Below are positions 1 through 10,928 of a stretch of DNA of 64,000 nt, piece by piece. Every line of letters begins with the position of its first letter. Position 1 is the first letter of the stretch. Source of the stretch: Candidatus Saccharimonadales bacterium (lineage in GTDB: Bacteria; Patescibacteriota; Saccharimonadia; Saccharimonadales; UBA10212). The translations under genes were made by a program, and so were the position numbers. The notes below the pieces were generated by a model. It worked only from the letters and a program-made list of their open reading frames with translations. It searched no databases and was not told the origin of the DNA. The stretch spans positions 19 to 64,018 of the forward strand of contig JBBDZU010000006.1 in assembly GCA_040900055.1 (NCBI GenBank). Direction: 5' to 3'.

Positions 1-34
1 GAGGTCAAGGGTTCGAATCCCTTATGCTCCACCA
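1..34 (+). tRNA. 3' end of a tRNA (5' part lies outside the window); isotype undetermined
   Basis: T-arm AAGGG-TTCGAAT-CCCTT, then acceptor 3' strand ATGCTCC, discriminator A and encoded CCA ending at nt 34. Confidence 0.6.
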
Positions 35-37
35 AAA

Positions 38-65
38 ATAGCCGTCAAGGGACGGCTATTTTTTT
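38..65 (+). terminator. Rho-independent terminator after the partial tRNA
   Basis: Perfect 9-bp stem ATAGCCGTC/GACGGCTAT with loop AAGG, followed by a T6 run. Confidence 0.65.
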
Positions 66-164
66 CGCGCAGCCCACCCTGGGCCGAGGGACTGCTGTTT
101 GTTATTTTTTGTTTTAAGCAACCGAGGCCCGGTGCGCGAAACTGTTTATATTACACGCTTATGC

Positions 165-3121
<2,957 letters not shown>

Positions 3122-3133
3122 ACCTATATTATA
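3122..3133 (-). promoter_or_regulatory. -10 box TATAAT placed 6 nt upstream of the ATG (candidate leaderless promoter)
   Basis: Minus strand reads TATAAT-ATAGGT-ATG. No Shine-Dalgarno fits in the 6-nt gap. Confidence 0.4.
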
Positions 3134-3137
3134 CCTA

Positions 3138-3192
3138 GGAGTTTGGAGTTTGGAGTTTGGAGTTTGGAGTTTGGAGTTTGGAGTTTGGAGTT
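3138..3192. repeat. Heptanucleotide microsatellite (GGAGTTT), about 7.9 copies
   Basis: Seven perfect tandem GGAGTTT units plus a 6/7 partial unit. It starts 5 nt upstream of the -10 box of the 2189..3121 gene. Confidence 0.95.
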
Positions 3193-3374
3193 GGTAGGTT
3201 CGGACTTGAGGAAACAGAGGGAGCGAATAAAGAGAAGCCGGCAGAATCGAGGACTGTCCGAAGGAATGAGGACCGCTTGTCGTTCCGCAGATTCACCGGC
3301 TTTGAGGAGTGAGTGACCATCTTAAGTTCTCGAATGTCCGAGAGTTTTTACGCCACCTTGTCGGCACAAGGTGG

Positions 3375-3400
3375 CAAAAATTTGCTTCTTCGGGAAAGAA
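3375..3400 (-). terminator. Probable htpX terminator
   Basis: On the minus strand, hairpin GCTTCTT-TCCCG-AAGAAGC lies directly after the htpX stop, followed by AAATTTTT. Confidence 0.4.
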
Positions 3401-3401
3401 G

Positions 3402-4268
3402 CTAGAGCTTCATTTGCCGCAAATTGGCAATGCGGGATTCAACTGGCGGATGGGTACTGAAGAGGCCGGTGAGTGTCTTGCCTCGAAGCGGGTTAGCAAT
3501 GAACATGTGAGCCGTGGCAGTATTTTGATGTGTCTTTAGCTGACTTGCGCGGCCAATCTTTTCTAAAGCCCGAGCCAGACCTTCGGGGTAGCGCGTGGTT
3601 AAGGCGCCGGTAGCATCCGCCAAATATTCGCGGCGGCGGCTAATAGCCAGCTGCAGCATCATGGCGGCAATAGGGGCCAAAATAACCGCCACAATTGCCA
3701 GGATATAAAATAGCTGGTTGCCTTGCCGGTTGTCGCGTCCAAAAATTGTAATATGCCAGAAGAAATCGGCTATCATCGAGACAATCCCAACCAGGGCGAA
3801 TGCAATGGTGTTAACTCGCATGTCATAGTTTTTTATATGTCCCAGCTCATGGGCCATAACACCTTCCAGTTCGGTATCATCTAAGGCTTTAAGTAAACCG
3901 GTGGTTACACAAACAGCTGATTTATCGGGTTTACGACCGGTGGCAAAGGCGTTAAGCGCCGGATCGTCCATTATATAAACATTGGGCATCGGCAAGCCTT
4001 CGGTAATAGACAAATTTTCGACTATCCGCCATAAACGCGGGTCATCTTTTTTTTGAATTTCTTTGGCGCCGTTAATGGCCAGCGCCATTTTAGCGCCGGC
4101 AAAGTAGCTAAAGATAGCGTAGGCCAGTGAAAATAGCCCAATAAAAAATAGTAATCCTCGCTGACCGGTAGCTTGGCTGATAACGTAGGCAAAAGCCCAA
4201 AGCAGCAGCAAAAAACCGCTCAGCAGGAAGAATGTGCGTCGTTTATTGGCAGAAATCTGGTCGTACAT
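3402..4268 (-). CDS. htpX: Zn-metalloprotease HtpX (peptidase M48)
   Basis: 288 aa. 'HELGH' zinc motif between TM segments and a C-terminal 'STHPP' motif. Sits in a pair with lemA. Confidence 0.9.
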   Translation of the reverse strand: MYDQISANKRRTFFLLSGFLLLLWAFAYVISQATGQRGLLFFIGLFSLAYAIFSYFAGAKMALAINGAKEIQKKDDPRLWRIVENLSITEGLPMPNVYIMDDPALNAFATGRKPDKSAVCVTTGLLKALDDTELEGVMAHELGHIKNYDMRVNTIAFALVGIVSMIADFFWHITIFGRDNRQGNQLFYILAIVAVILAPIAAMMLQLAISRRREYLADATGALTTRYPEGLARALEKIGRASQLKTHQNTATAHMFIANPLRGKTLTGLFSTHPPVESRIANLRQMKL

Positions 4269-4291
4269 AAGCTTGGCCTTTCAGGAAGCGC

Positions 4292-4876
4292 TTAAGTTGA
4301 CTTGGAGTTTTTAGAGAAATCGGCTTTAACCGGCTGGCTAACCGCCGCAGCTTCGGCTTCCTCTACCTCGAAGAACTCGCGCTGTCTAAAGCCCATCAGC
4401 GAGGCAAAGATGTTAGTCGGGAACGACTGGATCTTAATGTTTAGGTCGCGGACGGCGCCGTTATAAAAGCGGCGGGCGGCTTGGATTTTATCCTCGGTAT
4501 CAACCAACTCGGCCTGCAGCTGCAAAAAGTTTTGGTTGGCTTTTAGGTCGGGATAGTTTTCGGCAACGGCAAACAAACTTTTTAAGGCCTGCTGGAATTG
4601 ATTGTCGGCCTCGGCTACCTCGCCCACGTTTTGGGCGTTCAGGGCTTGGGCGCGGGTTTCGGTAACTCGCTCAAAAACGGCTTTTTCGTGAGAGGCATAA
4701 CCCTTCACCGTGTTGATTAAATTGGGGATTAAATCGTAACGACGCTTCAACTGAACGGTTATGTCGCTCCAAGCTTCGTCAACTCGAATTTTAACTCTTA
4801 CTAAGCTGTTATAGATAAATATGACAGTAAGAATAACGACGCCAAAGACAATGGCTATGATGGTAGTAGTGGTCAT
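4292..4876 (-). CDS. lemA: LemA family membrane protein
   Basis: 194 aa. One N-terminal TM, then LemA-like helical repeats ('RRYDLIPNL', 'ENYPDLKA', 'RRFYN'). Confidence 0.85.
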   Translation of the reverse strand: MTTTTIIAIVFGVVILTVIFIYNSLVRVKIRVDEAWSDITVQLKRRYDLIPNLINTVKGYASHEKAVFERVTETRAQALNAQNVGEVAEADNQFQQALKSLFAVAENYPDLKANQNFLQLQAELVDTEDKIQAARRFYNGAVRDLNIKIQSFPTNIFASLMGFRQREFFEVEEAEAAAVSQPVKADFSKNSKST

Positions 4877-4958
4877 ATTGGTAATTATAACACTAATTTA
4901 CCCTGGTAACGCTGGTGTGCTACGTAAAACCTGTATCATATAAATAATTAGAGGGATT

Positions 4959-6131
4959 ATGGTCAAGAAACTATTAGCCACTTTTGTTGCAGTAGTTTTA
5001 GTCGTCGAGATAGTAGCTTTAGTTAGGCCTGCTCCTAAAATTATGCCCGCGGTTTTACAGCCTCAGCCGGCGGCTGCGGTGGCCGTAGATCTTCCCTGGC
5101 CAACTTACGGGCAAGCCGCTTTAGGGGCACAAGGGCATGGTCTACTGCAAACAAATGGTCAGCAAGCTCCGGTTCCGATCGCTAGCGTAACTAAGCTTAT
5201 TACGGCATTAGCGATATTAGAGAAAAAGCCTCTGGCTATTAACCGGCCCGGGCCATCAATCACACTCGATCAGGCAGACTTAGACTCTTTTAATTACTAT
5301 TACCTAAATGATGGCTCGGTCTCGGCTGTCAAAGCCGGGGAAACTATAACCCTGCAGCAGGCCTTATCGGCACTGCTTGTACCTTCGTCTAACAACATGG
5401 CAGACAGCCTTACACGCTGGGCTTTTGGCTCGCCTCAAGCTTACCTAGACTACGCCAACCAAATGGTCAAAAAACTGAACATGAAGCAAACAACTGTTAA
5501 AAGCGCGAGTGGGTTCTCTAACGAGACAACCAGCACCGCTACCGACTTGGTAACTTTGGGACAAGCTGTTTTAGCTAATCCGGTGCTGGCCGATATAGTC
5601 TCTAAAAAGAATGTCACTATCCCGGCGGGCGGAATGGTTAATAGCACTAATTGGCTTTTGGGGGTCGACAACATAATTGGCATTAAGACCGGCAACACAG
5701 ACATGGCCGGCGGCTGCTACCTCTTTGCAGCTAAACGGCCAATCCACGGGCAAGAGATTACTTTAATCGGAGCAGTTTTATCGGCTCCACAACTTACCGT
5801 GGCCATGCGTGATAGCCAGGGGCTTATCCGTTCGGCAAGCCAGGCCTTTAGTTTGGTAAAGCCAGTAGCCTCAGGTCAAGTTTTAGGGCAATATCGTACT
5901 CCCTGGGGAACTTCGGTCAAGGCTGTAGGCAGTAAAGATGTGTCGCTTTTAGTATGGCAGGGCCGAACGCCTAATGTAACTGTTGATATAGATACAGTTC
6001 GTCCCCCAGCAAAAGCTGGGCGGGCGGTTGGAACGGCGACCGCTGCTGCCGGCAGTCAGAGCTCAACCGTTCCTGTTATTTTAAAAGATGATTTGCCAGG
6101 GCCGGCCATAAGCTGGCGGCTCTGGCACTAA
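4959..6131 (+). CDS. D-alanyl-D-alanine carboxypeptidase (serine-type, PBP5/6 family)
   Basis: 390 aa. N-terminal anchor, SxxK ('SVTK'), SxN ('SSN') and KTG ('KTGNT') active-site motifs in canonical order. RBS AGAGGGA lies upstream. Confidence 0.85.
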   Translation: MVKKLLATFVAVVLVVEIVALVRPAPKIMPAVLQPQPAAAVAVDLPWPTYGQAALGAQGHGLLQTNGQQAPVPIASVTKLITALAILEKKPLAINRPGPSITLDQADLDSFNYYYLNDGSVSAVKAGETITLQQALSALLVPSSNNMADSLTRWAFGSPQAYLDYANQMVKKLNMKQTTVKSASGFSNETTSTATDLVTLGQAVLANPVLADIVSKKNVTIPAGGMVNSTNWLLGVDNIIGIKTGNTDMAGGCYLFAAKRPIHGQEITLIGAVLSAPQLTVAMRDSQGLIRSASQAFSLVKPVASGQVLGQYRTPWGTSVKAVGSKDVSLLVWQGRTPNVTVDIDTVRPPAKAGRAVGTATAAAGSQSSTVPVILKDDLPGPAISWRLWH

Positions 6132-6136
6132 ATATT

Positions 6137-6250
6137 TGGTGCCGCAGAGAGGACCTGCCTGCCGGCAGGCAGGCTCGAACCCCGCACCAAAATCTTGATG
6201 CTCCGCAATCCGATTACCGACTACTTAAGCTCAGGATTTGGTGCGGGGCA
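6137..6250 (-). other. Unresolved tRNA-like relic or nested hairpins
   Basis: Minus strand ends ...CTGCGGCACCA (acceptor/CCA-like) and contains a T-loop-like GCGGG-GTTCGAG-CCTGC. Also has a perfect 8-bp hairpin CCTGCCTG-CCGG-CAGGCAGG (6154-6173) and a 12-bp inverted repeat (6180-6191 / 6237-6248). I could not fold a complete cloverleaf. Confidence 0.3.
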
Positions 6251-6271
6251 AGACTCCACTGTTATTAATCA

Positions 6272-6356
6272 TGGTGGGGATGAAAGGATTTGAACCTTCA
6301 CGCCTCACGGCACACGCTTCTGAAGCGTGCGTGTCTACCAATTCCACCACATCCCC
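6272..6356 (-). tRNA. tRNA-Leu (anticodon CAG)
   Basis: Hand-folded. Acceptor GGGGATG/CATCCCC, anticodon arm CACGC-TTCAGAA-GCGTG, long variable arm, T-arm with TTCAAAT loop, encoded CCA. 85 nt. Confidence 0.85.
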
Positions 6357-6461
6357 AGAGAAGATGTATACCAACCTGCCCCGAAGTGAGCTTGCTCTAC
6401 TTTGGGGTTTCACCACTGCGGCTGGTCAAAACCTACGCTATTAACTTGTCATGTACTAAGC

Positions 6462-6538
6462 TGGTGGGCGCTGAGGGACTCGAACCCCCGACCCTCTCGG
6501 TGTAAACGAGATGCTCTAGCCAACTGAGCTAAGCGCCC
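6462..6538 (-). tRNA. tRNA-Val (anticodon TAC)
   Basis: Acceptor GGGCGCT/AGCGCCC, D-arm GCTC-AGTTGGCTAG-AGC, anticodon arm TCTCG-TTTACAC-CGAGA, T-arm GGGGG-TTCGAGT-CCCTC, CCA. 77 nt. Confidence 0.9.
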
Positions 6539-6550
6539 GAGCAAAAGAGA

Positions 6551-6556
6551 TTATAA
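6551..6556 (-). promoter_or_regulatory. -10 box (TATAAT) for the minus-strand tRNA-Val/tRNA-Leu transcript
   Basis: Minus strand reads TTATAAT-CTCTTTTGCTC-GGGCGC(tRNA-Val 5' end), so the box is about 11 nt upstream of the mature 5' end. Confidence 0.4.
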
Positions 6557-6597
6557 CAGATTGGATGATATAATTTATACTGCTGTTTCTAAAGTGG

Positions 6598-6685
6598 GGG
6601 CGAGTGGCGAAATCTGGTAGACGCGCTAGATTGAGGTTCTAGTGGCCGCAAGGCTTTGGAGGTTCAAATCCTCTCTCGCCCACCA
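6598..6685 (+). tRNA. tRNA-Leu (anticodon GAG)
   Basis: Acceptor GGGCGAG/CTCGCCC, anticodon arm CTAGA-TTGAGGT-TCTAG, long variable arm, T-arm GGAGG-TTCAAAT-CCTCT, CCA. 88 nt. Confidence 0.85.
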
Positions 6686-6712
6686 TTTCTACAGATGTTA
6701 GAATTAAATGAC

Positions 6713-6788
6713 GGCGCTTTAGCTCAGTTGGTAGAGCAGAGGCTTGAAGAGCCTTGTGTCCCCAGTTCGAGTCTGGGAGGCGCCACCA
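6713..6788 (+). tRNA. tRNA-Phe (anticodon GAA)
   Basis: Acceptor GGCGCTT/AGGCGCC, D-arm GCTC-AGTTGGTAG-AGC, anticodon arm GAGGC-TTGAAGA-GCCTT, T-arm CCCAG-TTCGAGT-CTGGG, CCA. 76 nt. Confidence 0.9.
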
Positions 6789-6789
6789 C

Positions 6790-6866
6790 GCGGGTGTAGC
6801 TCAGTTGTTTAGAGCGTCTGCTTGCCATGCAGAAGGCCGTGGGTTAGAATCCCATCGCCCGCACCA
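6790..6866 (+). tRNA. tRNA-Gly (anticodon GCC)
   Basis: Acceptor GCGGGTG/CGCCCGC, anticodon arm TCTGC-TTGCCAT-GCAGA, T-arm GTGGG-TTAGAAT-CCCAT (A instead of the usual C in the TTCGAAT-type loop), CCA. Only 1 nt separates it from tRNA-Phe. Confidence 0.88.
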
Positions 6867-8396
6867 AATATTAGAATTTGAGCCTGAAAGGGCTTTTTTC
6901 TTTGTTTCAACAATGGTTCTAAAGGGGTCATTCAGCACGTAATACAACTTTTTATCCTTTAGTTCAATGTTTGAAAGTAGATATTCCAGCAACTTTTGTC
7001 GTAGCCCGTCATCGCTCTCTTTAAACAGCTGTTCGGCTCGCTGAGCCAAATCTAACAGATAAGAGGCAGTTACTTGGAATGTCTTATTGTCGCTTGTTAG
7101 CAACTTTAGGCGGTCATTCAGTTCCTGCTGCTTCTTTTCTAGCTCAGTTGCAATTTCATCGTGGAATGTCTGTGTAATACGACCCTCAAGCAAGTCATAG
7201 TAAACCTTACGCATTTTTTCTTTGAGCTTGTCGTATTCGGCACGGGTTTGCTCAATGTTCTGCGTGTAATACTGCTGCTGGTCGTCGTGGCGGTTGCGTA
7301 GCTCGGCGATAACCTTGCTTAGCCATTGTTCGGGCACGTCTACAAATCCTATCTCAGTTGTAACGCCCTCTATAATCAGGCTCTCGGCTGTATTAGGATT
7401 ATCGCACTTGTTGTTAGCACAGCGTAAGTAAATCGTGTTGCGTGCCCTAAAAGGCGATACAGCACGCCCGCATCTGCCGCACTTCACTATCTTCTTGAAT
7501 GTGTAATCCTTGCTATCGTACTTGGTTTTTTCGTGCTTACGCTCATCACGGACACGCTGCACCTGATTAAACAATGCACGACTGATAAGCGGTTCGTACT
7601 TGTGCGGATACTTTCTACCAGCGTGAACCATAACGCCGTAGTAAAACTCATTTCCTAGTATTCGTTCAAGAAATGCCTTGCTCGGTGCTTTACTGCCAGC
7701 TATGTTGCTGCGAAAGCCCATTTTGCCTAGTTCCTTAGCGATAACGGCATACGAAACACTTCTTGCTCGCATCTCAAACGCTTTTACTATGTAGTGGGCT
7801 TTATCGGTATCAACCTCAATGTCCTTTATGGGTTTTTGCGGTGTACCGCCTTTTAGTACGTTTTTGTATCCAATCGGTGCTCGGTGTACCCATATACCCT
7901 CGCTTAACATCTGCTCAAAGCGGCGTTTGACGTTATCACGAATACTATCTGAGTAGTATTTTGCTAGTGCCATTCCGATACCAAGCCGAAACCAATCAGC
8001 AGCCGACGAGTTTTTATCAATGTACAAGCTATCGTGAGGAAAGTGCAATTCTATCTTGCCGAGCTTTACAAGCTGTTGTAGAGCTTTTACTTCTTCTTGG
8101 CTACTATCACGGGTAAAGCGGTCTATCTTGTCAAAGACGACATAGCATAAACCCTCTTGCTTTTTTATGTGCTCAACGAGCTGAGCAAACTTTTGCCGTT
8201 CTTCTTTATGAGCACTTTCATCAAACTCGTGATACTCGTAAGGCAGCTTCTTTTGCTCTGCGTATCGTTCTAACCGTAGCTTCTGAGCGGGCAACGCTTT
8301 ACGTTGCTCAATGTCTGAAACTCTTGCGATTAGGATTATCTTTGCTTCCATAGTATTACTCCTTATTAACTTAACATTACTTGCTACTATTTTCAA
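6801..8396 (-). CDS. Large serine recombinase (integrase)
   Basis: 531 aa. N-terminal resolvase catalytic domain ('ARVSD' serine, 'DRFTRD'), recombinase domain, Cys-rich zinc ribbon ('CGRCGR...LRCANNKCDN') and a C-terminal coiled coil. The last ~22 codons are read through the tRNA-Gly gene. Confidence 0.85.
   Translation of the reverse strand: MKIVASNVKLIRSNTMEAKIILIARVSDIEQRKALPAQKLRLERYAEQKKLPYEYHEFDESAHKEERQKFAQLVEHIKKQEGLCYVVFDKIDRFTRDSSQEEVKALQQLVKLGKIELHFPHDSLYIDKNSSAADWFRLGIGMALAKYYSDSIRDNVKRRFEQMLSEGIWVHRAPIGYKNVLKGGTPQKPIKDIEVDTDKAHYIVKAFEMRARSVSYAVIAKELGKMGFRSNIAGSKAPSKAFLERILGNEFYYGVMVHAGRKYPHKYEPLISRALFNQVQRVRDERKHEKTKYDSKDYTFKKIVKCGRCGRAVSPFRARNTIYLRCANNKCDNPNTAESLIIEGVTTEIGFVDVPEQWLSKVIAELRNRHDDQQQYYTQNIEQTRAEYDKLKEKMRKVYYDLLEGRITQTFHDEIATELEKKQQELNDRLKLLTSDNKTFQVTASYLLDLAQRAEQLFKESDDGLRQKLLEYLLSNIELKDKKLYYVLNDPFRTIVETKKKALSGSNSNIWCGRWDSNPRPSAWQADALNN
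6881..6899 (+). terminator. Weak terminator after the tRNA-Leu/Phe/Gly cluster
   Basis: 4-bp stem AGCC/GGCT with a 6-nt loop, followed by T6. It lies inside the 3' end of the antisense recombinase ORF. Confidence 0.35.
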
Positions 8397-9534
8397 TGTT
8401 TGTTAGAAAATCTGACATACGTGTAGGGGTAAATCGCTTTAATGCTTCATCAATATGGACAAAGGCGGTAAAGCGGTACGCTTTTGGGGACTTGAGCGAC
8501 GGCTTGAGACGATACCACGCTTGCTTGCCGTAGCGAGCTTCAAGGATATTCCGTAAGCCCACAGCACCAACTTGGCTGGTAATTACCAATCCAGCGACTG
8601 CCGCAAGTGCCGTCTGTGGCGTTACATCGTTATTTTCTTCAAGATAGTTTTGCAGCAGCTCATACGGCTGCTTTACGTCTAGGGCAAGCATATCTACCGA
8701 GCTTGTGAGCTTACGCCAATGCTTGAGCAATGTGTTTTGGCATAGTTTCTTTTTGTACAGGTTCTCAAATGTCCATTGCTCCAATTCTGGGTAGGCTCGT
8801 TTGATAGAAGCTCTACCGACAAAACGTACTTCGTATCTGAATACTTCCATTGGTCGGTAATCAGATAGCTCCTCAAGCAGGTTCAGCTGCAATAAGCCGT
8901 CTTTCTCAAAGGCTCGCTTGCCGCTTATCTTGGTCTTTAGCAGGTCAGCCATTTTGTCGTAAAAGGCTATATCAAGCGAGTTGGTGTGAATATGTACGAC
9001 GTGTCCATCACGAAAATCTGTTTTCTGTAAGTCGTACATTTTGCTCACATCCAGCTTACCCATTGTATTTAGTACGGTTTGGCAGGAAATGTAGTCAAGA
9101 AACACTATGTTCTTTGACGGATGCCAAGCCGCAACGTCAGCCTGAGCAAACTGCTGCTTGAAGAACTTATGACCTAACAACTCGTTGAGTGATGCCTGTA
9201 ATGCTGTTAGCAGTGCGTCAAAATCGCTTTCAGTTAGCTCATCAAAGTTATTGCTATACAACATCTTTGGTGCGGAAAACTCTACTGCCAGCTGATATGT
9301 AGCACCGTACTTTGATGCTCGTTTGTACATAGTTAGACGGGGCATATACTTGCCCATCTTTGCGTATGTCGGCGAGGGGTTAAGAAACGTTTTACCATAA
9401 CCTCTGCTGTTTACAAGTTGCTCCAGCGTAATCGGTGTGAACCTGCTGCCCTCAAAGCTAAGCGGGTTAAGCACGGGTATGAGTAGTTTTACTGTGTCTA
9501 CCATATTGTTCATCACTTCTTTCAAATAGCTCAA
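8377..9534 (-). CDS. Rolling-circle replication initiator, filamentous-phage gene II/X (Phage_CRI)-like
   Basis: 385 aa. By-eye resemblance to M13 gpII: 'MVDTVKLLIPV' vs 'MIDMLVLRLPF', 'EFSAPKMLYSNNF' vs 'IKASPAKVLQGHNVF', 'FRYEVRF' vs 'VRFEARI'. The true start may be an internal Met (around 9504). Confidence 0.5.
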   Translation of the reverse strand: MSYLKEVMNNMVDTVKLLIPVLNPLSFEGSRFTPITLEQLVNSRGYGKTFLNPSPTYAKMGKYMPRLTMYKRASKYGATYQLAVEFSAPKMLYSNNFDELTESDFDALLTALQASLNELLGHKFFKQQFAQADVAAWHPSKNIVFLDYISCQTVLNTMGKLDVSKMYDLQKTDFRDGHVVHIHTNSLDIAFYDKMADLLKTKISGKRAFEKDGLLQLNLLEELSDYRPMEVFRYEVRFVGRASIKRAYPELEQWTFENLYKKKLCQNTLLKHWRKLTSSVDMLALDVKQPYELLQNYLEENNDVTPQTALAAVAGLVITSQVGAVGLRNILEARYGKQAWYRLKPSLKSPKAYRFTAFVHIDEALKRFTPTRMSDFLTNIENSSK

Positions 9535-9778
9535 CGCACTTGGCGACTATGGCTTGCTCAATCAACTTGCCAGCCTCTTTAGTTACGGGATGGAAGTAGT
9601 TGAGTTGCCGTAAGCCAACTTTTTTGGTCGGGTATGTTATGCGGTAGCCCGTGCCATCTAGCCTTTGATGCACGCCGAGCGAACCGAGATACAGCTGACC
9701 ATCAATTACGCAGCTTGCAAAAGCCACAAGTCCGTCAGTCGGTTTGACTGGTGTTATGTTTACTTCGCTAACGTTCAT
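9467..9778 (-). CDS. SpoVG-family protein
   Basis: 103 aa. 'MNVSEVNI..TDGLVAFASCVIDG...HPV' matches the SpoVG pattern (MEVTDV..TDGRMRAIASITLD...HPI). Confidence 0.6.
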   Translation of the reverse strand: MNVSEVNITPVKPTDGLVAFASCVIDGQLYLGSLGVHQRLDGTGYRITYPTKKVGLRQLNYFHPVTKEAGKLIEQAIVAKCVELFERSDEQYGRHSKTTHTRA

Positions 9779-9852
9779 ATTTTTTACGCTCCTCAGCGGC
9801 TTTTTCGTGTTTATTTGCCCATAACCAAAGTGTCATAAGCCAATCAATCAGC

Positions 9853-10062
9853 TTACGTAGCGTTACTTGCAGAACTTTGTAAATCGTTGCCATCTTCATC
9901 ATTCCTTTCATTACGTTGTTTTAGTGCAAAGTCCATCTGAATGAGCACGTCAAAGAAACCCGTGAGGTTACGGATAGCCTCATCGCTCAACTCAGCAGCC
10001 ACGCCTTTGTTTGCGGCATTGTCCTGTGGTTCAATTGGTTGCTGGTTAGTTTTCCATGACAT
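9853..10062 (-). CDS. Small acidic hypothetical protein
   Basis: 69-aa ORF co-oriented with the neighbouring element genes. No recognisable motif. Confidence 0.35.
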   Translation of the reverse strand: MSWKTNQQPIEPQDNAANKGVAAELSDEAIRNLTGFFDVLIQMDFALKQRNERNDEDGNDLQSSASNAT

Positions 10063-10127
10063 AAAATAGCCTCAAGTAGAGGCTATCCTAACAGGGATAC
10101 CATTTATAACTAATTACCGTATGACGG

Positions 10128-10928
10128 TTATTTTCTTATCTTATTCTGTCTTCTAATTTTCTCTGTTGTAACGATTTTCTGAATTTCAACATAGCTAAAG
10201 ACATGTGAGGTATCAGGGAATTTCTCACTGACCATCGTCGCCAATCTATCGTGTGGTTCTAGTCTGTTTTGCCAAATGTAGTCAATTATTTCTAGGTCGT
10301 ACTTTCGCTTTCTAAATCGCGTGGCTTTGCCGTCTTCACTGTATTGACGTAGGCTATCTTCTATCAAATCCCAACGTTTATTTACGAAGTCTAAAACATC
10401 TCGTTTGCTCGCAAATCTGTGTAAATCAATACTTACTGGGTATGCTCGTATGTGGCTTTGTCTGCCAGTATCCATGAAGACAGGTACCGATTGATAGACT
10501 TCATTCAAATCAAGGTCATAATTGTCTGTAATTGTACAAAGGTCAAAAACGTAGGACTTTAGCAATTCTTCTTTTTGGGTCAAGTCGTAAATGAATATGG
10601 TAGAAATAGTTTCATAATCTATACCGTATTCCTCTGATAGGTGTTCAATGATCCTATTGTATTCATGCGTCAGTTTCTTGGATTGTTCGCGAACTTTATT
10701 TTCATATTCTATATATTTCTCATATATTTTATCCATGCCAACTTCTTCTTTGTTTGCTGTCTTTTCATGCCCCTCGGTTTGAACGAGTACCTTGAGCCTT
10801 TTAATCTTCTTCATAAAGTGCTCGTTACGTCTTAAATCTTCAACGTATTGACGAAGCTTAGCTTGGCTCTGGGTTTCTTTTGGGTTCATCACATCTCTAT
10901 CAACTAATGTATAGTTATAATATGCCAC
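10128..10928 (-). CDS. Hypothetical protein (element-encoded)
   Basis: 266-aa Lys/Glu-rich ORF followed by hairpin ATAGCCTC-N5-GAGGCTAT (10067-10087). No recognisable domain. Confidence 0.5.
   Translation of the reverse strand: MAYYNYTLVDRDVMNPKETQSQAKLRQYVEDLRRNEHFMKKIKRLKVLVQTEGHEKTANKEEVGMDKIYEKYIEYENKVREQSKKLTHEYNRIIEHLSEEYGIDYETISTIFIYDLTQKEELLKSYVFDLCTITDNYDLDLNEVYQSVPVFMDTGRQSHIRAYPVSIDLHRFASKRDVLDFVNKRWDLIEDSLRQYSEDGKATRFRKRKYDLEIIDYIWQNRLEPHDRLATMVSEKFPDTSHVFSYVEIQKIVTTEKIRRQNKIRK

Noticed and set aside
3138-3192. Possible CRISPR array
   Set aside because: The units are 7 bp, perfectly tandem and have no spacers. There are no cas genes anywhere in the window.
3193-3370. Possible SRP (4.5S) RNA or other ncRNA in the htpX-downstream intergenic region (GTCCGAAGGAATGAGG resembles the SRP GUCCGGAAGGAAGCAG motif)
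   Set aside because: I could not build the helix-8 GNRA-capped hairpin or the flanking complementary 5'/3' stem on either strand. The resemblance covers one short stretch only. It is worth an Rfam scan but is not supportable by eye.
6231-6942. ORFs 6231..6416(-), 6238..6444(+), 6290..6505(+) and 6754..6942(+)
   Set aside because: They run through tRNA-Leu, tRNA-Val and tRNA-Gly genes, so their translations are tRNA sequence read as protein.
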